From a virus, in the IMG/VR virus record IMGVR_UViG_3300000062_000006, positions 182 through 64,181 of that record: a DNA stretch of 64,000 nucleotides; one strand, given 5' to 3'. The translations under genes were made by a program, and so were the position numbers. The notes below the pieces were generated by a model, which saw nothing but the letters and a program-made list of their open reading frames with translations, did not search any database and was not told the DNA's origin. Shown here piece by piece: positions 27,390 to 37,309 of the stretch (the stretch's first letter is position 1; each line of letters begins with the position of its first letter).

Positions 27390-27965
27390 ATGAGTACAAT
27401 ACCACCATTTGACCATAATCACGTTTTGCCTCCACACAAAGGCAGTCCTGCAATACAGGGCGATATATCTCCATACAAGTCTACTATCATGACTTTTTGT
27501 CAAAGATTTGCCACATCTGCTGAAAGGATTGTAATACTAAAGAATTTTGTTTCTTTTAGGCTCAGAATGATTGACTTTGGTGTAACAGACGGATTCCAAT
27601 GGATCGATGGGAGCTTCTCTGAGAACATTGAGATATCAGAAGAAAGAGCCCCTAATGATATTGATGTGGTAACCTTTTTTAAAGGCATTAGCATAGCGAC
27701 ACAAATGAGTTTTATTAGTAACTTTATTGAGTTTTTCGACCCAGCGGCTTCAAAGTCAACATACAAAATAGATCATTATCCCGTTGATTTTGAATTTAAT
27801 TCAATGGAAATGGATAACGGGCTTCGGATAATCGAAGCTACTAAATATTGGATTCAGTTGTTTTGCCATAATAGGAAAGGCGTATGGAAAGGCATGATTC
27901 AGTTACCTTTGCCAAATGATAAAAACGAAGAACAAAGAGCATTAGAGTACTTAAATTCATTGTAA
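27390..27965 (+). CDS. DUF6932-like nucleotidyltransferase-fold protein
   Basis: IPPFDHNHVLPP; WIDGSF...PNDIDVVTF fits the GS...DxD NTase motif. Start at ATG 27390. Confidence 0.7.
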   Translation: MSTIPPFDHNHVLPPHKGSPAIQGDISPYKSTIMTFCQRFATSAERIVILKNFVSFRLRMIDFGVTDGFQWIDGSFSENIEISEERAPNDIDVVTFFKGISIATQMSFISNFIEFFDPAASKSTYKIDHYPVDFEFNSMEMDNGLRIIEATKYWIQLFCHNRKGVWKGMIQLPLPNDKNEEQRALEYLNSL

Positions 27966-27966
27966 T

Positions 27967-28881
27967 ATGGGAATGCACGACACAATCCAGTGGATTAAGG
28001 CGCAACTTGTAGCATCTGAAGGTCTTTTATCGACTGTAGAAAATCATCCTATGATGAAATTCTCTATCGAAAAGAGAATCGAATCACTTAAAGAAGAACT
28101 CTCTCTACTACAAAACTCAAATATAGAAGAGCCAAAGTTGAGATTACTATTCAGCGGTAAATCCGTTTATGGCTCAAAAGGAATCAAAGCTTCTTTTGTT
28201 AGTAAAACAATATACCCTATCCAAGAATTAATAAAAACACAGACAGCAATAATAAAAAGCGGGAATAACATTGGGAAAAGAGGCAAAGTCAAAAAGAGTG
28301 CAATAGCCGAGCTTTATTTAACCTCACTATCAACAGGCTCTTTCGGGTATGAATTGAGTATGGTAAAAAACGAAGAGTTATTTGATGTTGAAGATGTTTC
28401 TAATGCAATTAAAAAGGTTATCACGGTTATAGAAGAAACATCTATAAGCGATGAATCTTTTAGAAAAGTCATTGAGGATTTACCAAAGCGAACATTAAAT
28501 AATCTAAAAAACTTTTTTCAAGAACTCGCAAACGAAGGGTCTATTTTGAAAATAGAATCAGGAAGTAAATACGTAGAAATTTCATCTGACAATATCAAAT
28601 TAAGTTACGCACGAGTTTCAGAAACTGAATACAAAGAAAAGAATATCACAGTAAAAGGAATATTCAAAGGAATATTACTTGATTCTGGTCGGTTTGAATC
28701 ATTAGACAATGAAGGGCGTTTAATAAAGGGGATTATATCTGAGGACATAACAGAAGATATAGCAACTCAATACAACAAAGAATTTACGAACGAGGAGTGT
28801 ATGATAGAAATACTTGAAACTGTTACGCTCTTTAAAAATGAAAGAAACAAAACATCATACGAACTAATCAAAGTCAATTAG
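27967..28881 (+). CDS. Hypothetical protein coupled to the NTase-fold gene
   Basis: Starts 1 nt after the upstream stop; 304 aa. Confidence 0.65.
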   Translation: MGMHDTIQWIKAQLVASEGLLSTVENHPMMKFSIEKRIESLKEELSLLQNSNIEEPKLRLLFSGKSVYGSKGIKASFVSKTIYPIQELIKTQTAIIKSGNNIGKRGKVKKSAIAELYLTSLSTGSFGYELSMVKNEELFDVEDVSNAIKKVITVIEETSISDESFRKVIEDLPKRTLNNLKNFFQELANEGSILKIESGSKYVEISSDNIKLSYARVSETEYKEKNITVKGIFKGILLDSGRFESLDNEGRLIKGIISEDITEDIATQYNKEFTNEECMIEILETVTLFKNERNKTSYELIKVN

Positions 28882-28986
28882 CATTTAACATATAGAATAT
28901 TTAGCTCATACTACTGCAATAAGAAAACAGAGGCGTAGTAAGAGGTATGCCAGTCATGTGCGGTTCGCTTATAGACGTAGAGCCTT

Positions 28987-29232
28987 TTAGTAATGACTAA
29001 TGAGGTGTGATAACGTTTCTTTTATAACCTGACTCTCTTCATCTGATTTGACATCAAATAAAACTACATGCTTTATAAATGATTTTTGCATTTCAGATAG
29101 AGAGACTCCATTTTGTTCTATTGTGCCAATAATCAAAGAAGCATGATAAGACTTTGGGAGGTTACTGTTGTACATAGCTTGAGGTTTGATGTATAATTCT
29201 AATTGTGGCGAATTTGCCGTAATTAGATTCAT
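28987..29232 (-). CDS. Hypothetical protein
   Basis: 81-aa ORF. Confidence 0.4.
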   Translation of the reverse strand: MNLITANSPQLELYIKPQAMYNSNLPKSYHASLIIGTIEQNGVSLSEMQKSFIKHVVLFDVKSDEESQVIKETLSHLISHY

Positions 29233-29310
29233 GGTTAATAATTTTGATTACATTGCAAATGTAGAGAAAATATGCGACATTGTGTATTGGCGATTCAGCT
29301 TCGCAAACAA

Positions 29311-29521
29311 TCACACTTATTTCACACCGCCACATATAACTATCTGATATATGAGAAATATCGAATCTCTCCAGCTCCACTTACAGAAGCCGCATATTGC
29401 GGCTTTTGCCGTTTTAAGCACCTGCATTCGCTTTTCTTTTTCGCAGACAGACGCACCATTTCGCACCGAAACGCTACTTTTTCACACCAAAACACATAAA
29501 AGTGTGAAACACGGTGTGAAA
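29311..29521. promoter_or_regulatory. Candidate attP with arm-type repeats
   Basis: TTTCACACC at 29320 and 29480; inverted GTGTGAAA at 29502 and GGTGTGAAA at 29513, directly upstream of the integrase. Confidence 0.45.
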
Positions 29522-29553
29522 TTTTCTATATTTGTCAAAACACGATAAGAGAT

Positions 29554-30699
29554 ATGGAAAATGCACAGATAAGATTTGTTTTTGATAATAAAAAACAAGC
29601 AACTGCAACAAAAACAGGATTGCTTCAAATCGAAGTCAGAAAAAAAGGTACAAATAAAAGAAAGGTTATATCTACTGGTATAAAACTTCTCAAAAATCAA
29701 TTCTCTGATAAAAATGGATTTACATGTAAGAATCACCCAAATGCTCCAGCATTGACAGGAAAGGGGAAAAGTATCTTTCGCAAAATAGAAGCATTTGTTC
29801 TATCCGATAAATGTAAAACATTGGAAGATGTGAAATACTGGGACAAGGAGGAGCTTGCGGAAATAACAGTAATAGATTTTGTCAACTCCGAACTGAAGCG
29901 AAAAAATCCATCCTTAGATGTGATAAAATACAATCAATCTTTTATCCGTAGATTAACAGAATATGGTGAAATTGTCCGCTTTGAAGACCTAACATATGAA
30001 AAGATACTCGGATTTGATGCTCAACTAAGACAAACAATATCATCAGAGCCGACACTATATAAAAGGCATACGCTTTTCAAAGGCTACATTCAAGAAGCTA
30101 TAAATAGAGGTATTTATAAAGGAACAAACCCTTACCTCTTATTCAAAAACAAAAAAGGCAAATCTAAAGACCCAATCTTCTTGACTGAAACCGAAATACA
30201 AAAATTGAAAGATTATGCACCAAATTATAGCTATTTAGAACGTGTTCGAGACCTCTATTTGTTTCAAATATTCACAGGATTATCTTATATTGACCTGATG
30301 AGCTTTAATCGTGAATCTATTGTTGAAATAGATGGGTACGAGGCAATAAGAAGTAATAGGCAGAAAACAGACGAAAGCTATATAACAATCCTTCTCCCTG
30401 AAGCAAAAGCAATCATAGAAAAGTATGATTATGAGCTACCTGTATTAACAAACCAAAAATACAATGAATACCTAAAAGAAGTTGCAACAAAAGCAGGCAT
30501 CAATAAGCCTTTGGCGTCTCATTCCGCTCGCCACACGTTTGCCACTTATCTTCTGAATAATGATATTCCGATAGAAACTGTTAGTCGGGCAATGGGGCAT
30601 TCCAATATCAGAATGACACAGCACTATGCCAAAATGCTCGGAAAAAAAGTAGTTTCGGATATGGCTGTACTGCTTAAAGAGAAGCCCAAATCGAAATAA
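29554..30699 (+). CDS. int: Tyrosine integrase (Bacteroidota type)
   Basis: FTGLSYIDL, HSARHTFAT, MGHSNIRMTQHYAK; N-terminal arm-binding region. Confidence 0.95.
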   Translation: MENAQIRFVFDNKKQATATKTGLLQIEVRKKGTNKRKVISTGIKLLKNQFSDKNGFTCKNHPNAPALTGKGKSIFRKIEAFVLSDKCKTLEDVKYWDKEELAEITVIDFVNSELKRKNPSLDVIKYNQSFIRRLTEYGEIVRFEDLTYEKILGFDAQLRQTISSEPTLYKRHTLFKGYIQEAINRGIYKGTNPYLLFKNKKGKSKDPIFLTETEIQKLKDYAPNYSYLERVRDLYLFQIFTGLSYIDLMSFNRESIVEIDGYEAIRSNRQKTDESYITILLPEAKAIIEKYDYELPVLTNQKYNEYLKEVATKAGINKPLASHSARHTFATYLLNNDIPIETVSRAMGHSNIRMTQHYAKMLGKKVVSDMAVLLKEKPKSK

Positions 30700-30706
30700 A
30701 AACATA

Positions 30707-30733
30707 GCGTCTCGCAATTAACACACGAGACGC
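30707..30733. terminator. Hairpin between convergent int and PRTase genes
   Basis: GCGTCTCG/CGAGACGC perfect 8-bp stem. Confidence 0.55.
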
Positions 30734-30861
30734 CACTTAACCTTGAGCTATGAAAAGTTGCCTTTTGACAATGCAAAGATATATATGTCTCTTTGAAAAA
30801 GCATTTCGGAAAATGAAAAATATTAGGATAGATTGTTTCTATTTTTGATATACGCAAAGGC

Positions 30862-31491
30862 TTATTGTTTATACACTGTAGAACGACGAGCCAAGCCCAA
30901 AAAAATAATCTTCTTGTCTGGGAATCTATCTTCTAATATTTCTTTCATTGCTTTATAGTGCGCACCTGCTGTTATCATATCATCAAAAACTATTAATATC
31001 GTAGATTTAATGTCAGCACATAATGTTTCATCAATATAGTAATTGTCTTTTAGGGCTTCTATACTAAGGCGCTTCTCTGAAGAATGCGAACTTTCTGTAC
31101 TACTCTGCTGCAAAACAAGCTCTTTTATGTCAATGCTACCATCATCAAATGCTAGCTGTAACACTTGATTAAGCCTGTCATCATAAAGCACATCTGTTTT
31201 CACCTTTGATGGTGGTACTGGGACTATTGTTATATCATTGCCGAAGACCTCAGTTAGATTCACCTCTTGAAGCATTCTTGCATATTCCTTAATGGCATCT
31301 TCTTTATACTTCCATTCTGATTTGCCTTTTCTGTTTACATCCTTTTTAAAATTTGACATTAAATCATTGTCATCGCTATACTCATACCCTGCACCAGAAG
31401 TATATGTTGTTAAATAATAGCACTCATCATCGCTAGTTAAATGATGATGTTCTGTGAGGTATAGTTCATCTATGGTTTGAAGTGTTTTCAT
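30862..31491 (-). CDS. Phosphoribosyltransferase-fold protein (ShosT/ComF-like)
   Basis: IVPVPPSK and LIVFDDMITAGAH PRPP-binding motif. Confidence 0.8.
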   Translation of the reverse strand: MKTLQTIDELYLTEHHHLTSDDECYYLTTYTSGAGYEYSDDNDLMSNFKKDVNRKGKSEWKYKEDAIKEYARMLQEVNLTEVFGNDITIVPVPPSKVKTDVLYDDRLNQVLQLAFDDGSIDIKELVLQQSSTESSHSSEKRLSIEALKDNYYIDETLCADIKSTILIVFDDMITAGAHYKAMKEILEDRFPDKKIIFLGLARRSTVYKQ

Positions 31492-32381
31492 TTTATATTC
31501 AATGCCTGTTTTATGTCATCATATTCTCTAACCCGAATAGCACCCATTTGTTCAAACTTCTTTGGCCATGTTATACTAGGATTCTCAAAACAGTTTTGAA
31601 GAATAAACAATTTGCGCCCTTGTTCTAATGCTGCTTTAGCCTGAATCAAGCTACCTGATGTTTCGCCTGCCTCTACAATAACTGTCGCATTAGACAGCGC
31701 CGACATAGTTTTGTTTCTTTCTGGGAAAAAAACTCTATTCCATCGATAGTCTTGATTCGAATATTTCAAATATGGGACTTGACTAATTAAAAGATGTTCA
31801 CTAGCTATTTTTAACTGCAAATCCTTATTTTGTTTTGGATAGAACTGATTCAAAGGCGTTCCTATTACTGCAACAGTACGTCCATTCATCTCCAATGTCG
31901 TTTTGTGAGCAGCAGTGTCTATTCCTTCTGCCAAGCCAGAAAATATAGTAACATTATCATTAACTAGACATTGAACAAGCTTTTGAGTCCTTTTTATTCC
32001 GCTCTGTGATGGCTTCCTTGAGCCAACAACAGCCACTCCACAATGAGATGATAAATACTTCAAATTTCCAGAGAAATACAACATTTCTATTGGGTGTTTT
32101 GCATCCCTTAATTGCTCTGGATAATCAAATGTGCCACTGATTAAGACGCCTGGCTTGATGGCATCTTTCTGCCCCAATATATTCTTTAGTTTTTTAGTTG
32201 CAATAGTTACAAAATGTTCATCTATAAGCTCTGAAGGCCTAGATGCTTTTTTGCTTGAGAATAACTCTGATATTTTTTTGAATGTCAAATCTGAATTTGT
32301 CCACAATGCTTCATAAGCAGCCATTTCCTTAAAAGGACTAATAGGCAATTTGCGTTCTTCTTTAACAAATAAATCTTCCAT
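31488..32381 (-). CDS. dprA: DprA/Smf-like protein (ShosA-like)
   Basis: VAVVGSRKPS, SGLAEGIDTAAH, FFPERNKTMSALS, VEAGETSGSLIQA. Confidence 0.9.
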   Translation of the reverse strand: MEDLFVKEERKLPISPFKEMAAYEALWTNSDLTFKKISELFSSKKASRPSELIDEHFVTIATKKLKNILGQKDAIKPGVLISGTFDYPEQLRDAKHPIEMLYFSGNLKYLSSHCGVAVVGSRKPSQSGIKRTQKLVQCLVNDNVTIFSGLAEGIDTAAHKTTLEMNGRTVAVIGTPLNQFYPKQNKDLQLKIASEHLLISQVPYLKYSNQDYRWNRVFFPERNKTMSALSNATVIVEAGETSGSLIQAKAALEQGRKLFILQNCFENPSITWPKKFEQMGAIRVREYDDIKQALNIK

Positions 32382-32465
32382 TATTGTTTATTTTATAGTT
32401 CATCAAAACAAGCTATACAAGAACGTTTGATGTTTTATTCGGTTGTAAATATATAACTTATTCCA

Positions 32466-32702
32466 TTAAAATGCCCTAATCTCCATTATCACCTTTCGTA
32501 TTTTGTCAAAAAAAGCATCGTTGTCAAATGGGTAAACTCGTTCGCCTATTACATATCGATTGATGTATCCATTGCCTAACCCTGCACGCTCTTCTAACAC
32601 TTTGTAAGATACAATTCGCTTGTTGCGTATTAGCCAATAACGAATATCCTGTTTGCTCATTACTCGTTCATCCATAGTTTTACCCCCTTCTAAAAAATCC
32701 AA
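32466..32702 (-). CDS. Small HTH-like protein
   Basis: SYKVLEERAGLGNGYINRY. Confidence 0.45.
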   Translation of the reverse strand: MDFLEGGKTMDERVMSKQDIRYWLIRNKRIVSYKVLEERAGLGNGYINRYVIGERVYPFDNDAFFDKIRKVIMEIRAF

Positions 32703-32789
32703 AATATATACACACTCCGACTATTGTAAGAAAAAAGAATTGCCCTACTGATAGCGTAAATCCTAATACGATTACGATAATCCAAAATA

Positions 32790-33440
32790 TTAATTGGATA
32801 ATAAACGATAAACCGCTCCTTTGTTCCATGATTTTCCTCCTGATGTTTTATAATTATTTTTATTTAATTCCTTTGCTGTTTCCTCGAAAGATTTGCCGTT
32901 CGCCCTTAACAACTCGGCGTATGATTTTGCCCTGATGTTGTTCGGGTCGTTCGCCGCCTTCGTTCGGTTCGCCTCTGCTCCTCGTTGCCTTGCCTCGTTC
33001 GTTAGGTTCTCTGGCTTTCCCAGTCGTTCGCCTCGATTCTTCAGGGCTTGAAGTGCCTTTTTCGTTCGGTCGCTTATTAACTCCCTTTCGTTCTGTGCCA
33101 TCGTCGCAAAGATTCCGATAGTCAAAGTATTTGCGTCCGGGACATCGCAGCATTCAAATACTACACCACTATCACGCAAGTTAAATATAAATGCGATATT
33201 TCTGCTCAATCGGTCAAGTTTTGCAATGAGTAATACCGCTTTCTCTGCCTTAGCTTGTTCGATTGCTTTTAACAGCTCCGGGCGTGCATTGTTTTTGCCG
33301 CTCTCGACCTCCACATATTCGGCTATTATTGCGCCTTTGTTCGCATAAGCTTCAACCGTCGCCCGTTGTGCCTCCAGCCCCAAGCCGCTACGGCCTTGTC
33401 GTTCGGTCGACACCCTTAAATATGTTATGTACTGTTTCAT
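32790..33440 (-). CDS. Serine recombinase (resolvase/invertase family)
   Basis: YLRVSTERQ, EVESGK, AKLDRLSRN, ERELISDRTK. Confidence 0.92.
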   Translation of the reverse strand: MKQYITYLRVSTERQGRSGLGLEAQRATVEAYANKGAIIAEYVEVESGKNNARPELLKAIEQAKAEKAVLLIAKLDRLSRNIAFIFNLRDSGVVFECCDVPDANTLTIGIFATMAQNERELISDRTKKALQALKNRGERLGKPENLTNEARQRGAEANRTKAANDPNNIRAKSYAELLRANGKSFEETAKELNKNNYKTSGGKSWNKGAVYRLLSN

Positions 33441-33643
33441 TGGTAATACTCCTTATCAAAGTTTATTTTATCCGCCACACACAACGAAGGAGCAACAACA
33501 CCGCAAAAACTCGTTCGGGTCACTATTCGCTCGTGTATATTCATGCTTAGATATGGCTTGTCAATGCTTGCAAATCCAGAGAAATAGCGCAGCTTTAACA
33601 CGGTATTTCGCCCCTGCTTGTCCTTTCGTTCATTCGCTTTCAT
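33437..33643 (-). CDS. Hypothetical protein
   Basis: 68 aa, overlaps recombinase start by 4 nt. Confidence 0.45.
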   Translation of the reverse strand: MKANERKDKQGRNTVLKLRYFSGFASIDKPYLSMNIHERIVTRTSFCGVVAPSLCVADKINFDKEYYQ

Positions 33644-33684
33644 ATTTGTAACATTTAGATGTCCGAACTTTCGTCCGGCTCTGT

Positions 33685-33966
33685 TTAATAATTAGTTTTT
33701 TTGTAAGAGAAATTAAAGCACTTCAATGGGTTGCAGTGAATGCATTTGCCTATTTTTGAAACCATCTTCATATAGCCCCATTCTGCTGTTTTCGCTGGAT
33801 AGTCAAATTCATGAAGGTCAAAATGATTTTCTAAGACCTTCAACATAATGCCTGAATCTAAATTGTCAACATTCATCTTAAATTGGATTTTCAAGCATGA
33901 ATAAACGTCTGCAACAATCCTTAGCGCAATTCTCTTTTGGACTTCTTTGTCTAATTTCGTTTTCAT
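33685..33966 (-). CDS. Hypothetical protein
   Basis: 93-aa ORF. Confidence 0.5.
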   Translation of the reverse strand: MKTKLDKEVQKRIALRIVADVYSCLKIQFKMNVDNLDSGIMLKVLENHFDLHEFDYPAKTAEWGYMKMVSKIGKCIHCNPLKCFNFSYKKTNY

Positions 33967-34112
33967 AACATTTTGTTTTTATTCGTTCATTTACTTATTT
34001 ACCTAACTCATTCGCCCACCTTAACTTAACAGGACGCGCACTATTTGAAAGAGCATATACAAGGCGGTTAATTTGAAGCCGCCGTACATTATTCGCTCCG
34101 TTGTTATTCGCT

Positions 34113-34364
34113 TCATCGCTTACAAACTCGCTTTAATTGCTCCAGACCACACCGGCGCGGATCAACTGCGTTTTTAGTAGCATCAATTAGCTCCATATCA
34201 GTAATGGCGGCTGTCCACTGCTTGCCCGTCACTGGGCTGGTATATGTTACATTATATCGTCCATAACTTGCAATCGTAAAATCAAAATCGGTTATATTTA
34301 CTTTCGTATTCATACTCGCAATTGTTAAAATTGTTATTAAAATGATAGGTTTAACAGGCTGCAC
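34113..34364 (-). CDS. Hypothetical protein
   Basis: YNVTYTSPVTGKQW motif; likely start at MNTKV (34313). Confidence 0.55.
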   Translation of the reverse strand: MQPVKPIILITILTIASMNTKVNITDFDFTIASYGRYNVTYTSPVTGKQWTAAITDMELIDATKNAVDPRRCGLEQLKRVCKR

Positions 34365-34410
34365 CGGATTGTACAGCCGAAAATGTGAGTTTTATTATAA
34401 CTCGTGATAC

Positions 34411-34692
34411 TTAAGCGTGTTCGTATTCGCCACTATTCCTGTAGCCATCAAAGCTAACCCTAAAGGCCGCGAAGTCCTTTGCACCTGCAAGCCTAATTTC
34501 ATCAGATGGGTTAATGTGGAAACTGCTTTGTAGGTTTGTGACACCAGGAGCACCACGCAGCACAGAAGAATGTAGTATTTGAACTGAGTTAGGCAATTCA
34601 GGAAGAATATACCCTAATGTGTGATTGTTGAAAACTACTAATTTAATTAACTCGCTTTGTTGTTTTTTTGAGATTGTTGTCATAACTTGCAC
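34411..34692 (-). CDS. Hypothetical protein
   Basis: 93-aa ORF. Confidence 0.5.
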   Translation of the reverse strand: MQVMTTISKKQQSELIKLVVFNNHTLGYILPELPNSVQILHSSVLRGAPGVTNLQSSFHINPSDEIRLAGAKDFAAFRVSFDGYRNSGEYEHA

Positions 34693-34730
34693 CCCGAAAG
34701 GATTTTTTATTAAGTTGAAAAATTTACTTT

Positions 34731-34773
34731 AACCTGGGTTGCGTACTTTCGACGGAAGCAACCCAGGTTTTTT
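34731..34773. terminator. Long hairpin with T-tract
   Basis: AACCTGGGTTGC...GCAACCCAGGTT 12-bp perfect stem followed by TTTT. Confidence 0.6.
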
Positions 34774-35056
34774 AATTCTCACATGACAACCAAACTTTAA
34801 CAAGTTAACGCCTTAACTGCTCTGATTATCAATACTTAAAGATACTACTATTTAAGATAATCGCCAAATAAATACACCACAAAATCACCTTAATAAATGT
34901 TAAACAAATACTTTAGTCGTAGTACCACAAACAGCATAAACTCAAATAGTTACCACACAGCAAAACAACCAAGCCAAATAATCACTACTTTTATACAAAA
35001 CAAACTAACCCCGGGGGCAAAATAATAGCAGAACCAAGTACAACCAAAACAAACAA

Positions 35057-35869
35057 ATGCAGCTACCTACGGAAGGCGCACAGGCAAACCATAAAGCAGC
35101 AGCAAAACCAAGCAACCGAACAACAACCAAAACAATAACGACAATGACAAACAGAACCAAAGCAACCAAAACAACAAAGACAAGGCAACCAAGCAAACTA
35201 CCAGCCGTAACACAATCAAATGAGACAAAGTACCTGATAGCGTACTATTACTATGGCAGCAGAACCGAAGCCTACAAAACAATACAACCAGCGGAAGCAA
35301 GCGGAAACCATAACAGCATCAGAGTAATGGCAAGCAACTACCACAAAAAGCCCAATACTCAACTACTCGCCCCGGAAGTAAAGGCAAACTTTATACAAGC
35401 AGCGATAAAACTACTGCAGGACGATGGGTACAAAATACTCACGCCAGCAGAAGCACAACAGCACGAGCAGCAACGACAACAACAAAGCAGCAACGAACTA
35501 CCAAAACAAAATATTACAAACAACCCAACCCCGCACAACAACGCAACAGAACAAACCGAACCACACAAAACCGAACAAAACAAAACTGCTCAGGGAGGGA
35601 AAGGGGTTGCAAACGAAGCGCAACCCCGAGTTATTGACAAAATAGATTTAAGCAATAAGGATGAGTTATTGCAGGAGTTGCAACGAAGGTACAACCTAAC
35701 AACGGATGATAAGGTATTAAACGAAATATCAAAGATGATTATTGATGTACAAAACATGAAGAAACAGGATATAATAGAACCTAACAAGGTGCAAAAGAAG
35801 ATGTATTTACCGCTTCGTATGTGTGAAGATTGTCCACATTTACACATGATATTAAAGCAAGCAGAATAA
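35057..35869 (+). CDS. Terminase small subunit-like protein with low-complexity linkers
   Basis: YYYGSRTEAYKTI...SIRVMASNY resembles the TerS N-terminal HTH; helical C-terminus; strongly A/C-skewed DNA. Confidence 0.45.
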   Translation: MQLPTEGAQANHKAAAKPSNRTTTKTITTMTNRTKATKTTKTRQPSKLPAVTQSNETKYLIAYYYYGSRTEAYKTIQPAEASGNHNSIRVMASNYHKKPNTQLLAPEVKANFIQAAIKLLQDDGYKILTPAEAQQHEQQRQQQSSNELPKQNITNNPTPHNNATEQTEPHKTEQNKTAQGGKGVANEAQPRVIDKIDLSNKDELLQELQRRYNLTTDDKVLNEISKMIIDVQNMKKQDIIEPNKVQKKMYLPLRMCEDCPHLHMILKQAE

Positions 35870-36420
35870 TGTAAATAGATGTTAATAAAAACAATAGCCG
35901 TTGCAAGACTTGAACACCCGTTTAAGAGTTACAACGGCTTGTTTGTGCTGGGGGTATCCCCCTTGTGGGCGTTTTCAACCTTTGAAAGTCCGTCCCCAAT
36001 AATTTTTTTTATTTTTTTTGAGACTGCCCTGCCTTTGTTTTGTTTTTTTGTTCGTAGTGATGTGATTTGCGCCGATTTTGTCAGGAGTGCGTCATTTTGT
36101 TTTCGCAAGCTTGTTTTATTTATTCAAAAAACGCACCATATCCGCACGTTTTTAACTCGAGAGCAACAATCTCGCACACCAACCATAATCGCGCAAATTT
36201 GACCGCTTTTTTGAACGTTTTAGGGTATATTGCCGCAAATCATCCATCCCCGATGTTATAAAAACGTTGGTTTAGGTCGAAAAAGGATAGGATTGCTACT
36301 TATTTTCATTTATTCCTTTTTTTCATAAAAAATCGGATTCGTTTTTTTAACTCAAAAAAGAGCGGATGCGAATACACTCCTTTCCTATTACTTTCCTATT
36401 ACATTACATTCCTTTACCGT

Positions 36421-36472
36421 GGCGTGTCCCCGACGTGCACCCGGTGGGGACACAGTGGGGACACGGCGGGTG
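36421..36472. repeat. Second cluster of the initiator-gene iteron-like motif
   Basis: GGCGTGTCCCC, GGGGACAC x2, GGACACGGCGGG; matches 6173-6214. Confidence 0.6.
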
Positions 36473-36816
36473 GTGTTTAACCATTTGATTTTCAGAGAAT
36501 AAAAACACGACACTTATGCACCTTCATGTTTGCGTTGCTAAAATTAACTTTCAGCAACACTTTTTGACCTTTGCGGATTGATTGTATTGAAGATGCATCA
36601 AAACTGCCCTCATTTTTGTTATTATTTCATCGATTTTATTGTTCAAAAACCCCACTTTGTGGGAGAGCGGAATGTCCTTCTTATTATATATAGATAGAGG
36701 AAAAACCTTAGTTCGTTGATATTTAAGCAAATACAAATGTTAAATATGCGCAAAAGTGAGACTTTTTATGACGTAAAATGAGACTTTTTGCTGAAATATT
36801 TGGTATCTTTGGCGTT

Positions 36817-37287
36817 ATGTCGAAGAAGTACACAACCAATCCTTTTCATGCAGAACTGTATGATATAAAACTATCAAAAAAAGAGCGTGTGATAGCGGAG
36901 GGAGATTGTGTACAAGTCATAAATGAAGACACTGGGGAAATTAATGTTGCACGCAGCCAATATGTTCAAGAACGAGATGTTGATTCTGATGAATTTGTGA
37001 AGATATATAAAAAGGGTGGATTGTTTCTTCAAGTATTAAGTAAGACCGCAATACAAGTTCTTTTCTATATCTTTTTTGATTCTTCTTCGTTTAACTCCGA
37101 CAGCTTTCTTTTATCCATTTCGGACTGCGCCGAGCATACAGGGATTAAGTCAAGAGCAACGATATATCGTGCTATGAAAGAGTTAAGGGACAATGATTTT
37201 ATTGCACCTTCATCACAACCTAAGCGATATTGGATTAACCCATCATTGCTTTACAAAGGACGTAACAGAATGAGATATATTAAATAA
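36817..37287 (+). CDS. RepL-like winged-helix protein
   Basis: DSDEFVKIY, SRATIYRAMKEL, YWINPSLLYKG. TATCTTTG promoter element just upstream; track start 36778. Confidence 0.65.
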   Translation: MSKKYTTNPFHAELYDIKLSKKERVIAEGDCVQVINEDTGEINVARSQYVQERDVDSDEFVKIYKKGGLFLQVLSKTAIQVLFYIFFDSSSFNSDSFLLSISDCAEHTGIKSRATIYRAMKELRDNDFIAPSSQPKRYWINPSLLYKGRNRMRYIK

Positions 37288-37309
37288 CTAAAATCATTAA
37301 CTATAAAGC

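Noticed and set aside
35005-35847. Hydrophobic/Cys-rich minus-strand ORFs in the skewed region
   Set aside because: By-product of the A/C skew (G/T-rich reverse strand lacks stops).
24242-36754. 13-mer AAATATGCGCAAA shared by the immunity region (24242) and the region upstream of the RepL-like gene (36742) as a repressor operator
   Set aside because: Only two copies, AT-rich, not clearly palindromic; too weak without binding data.
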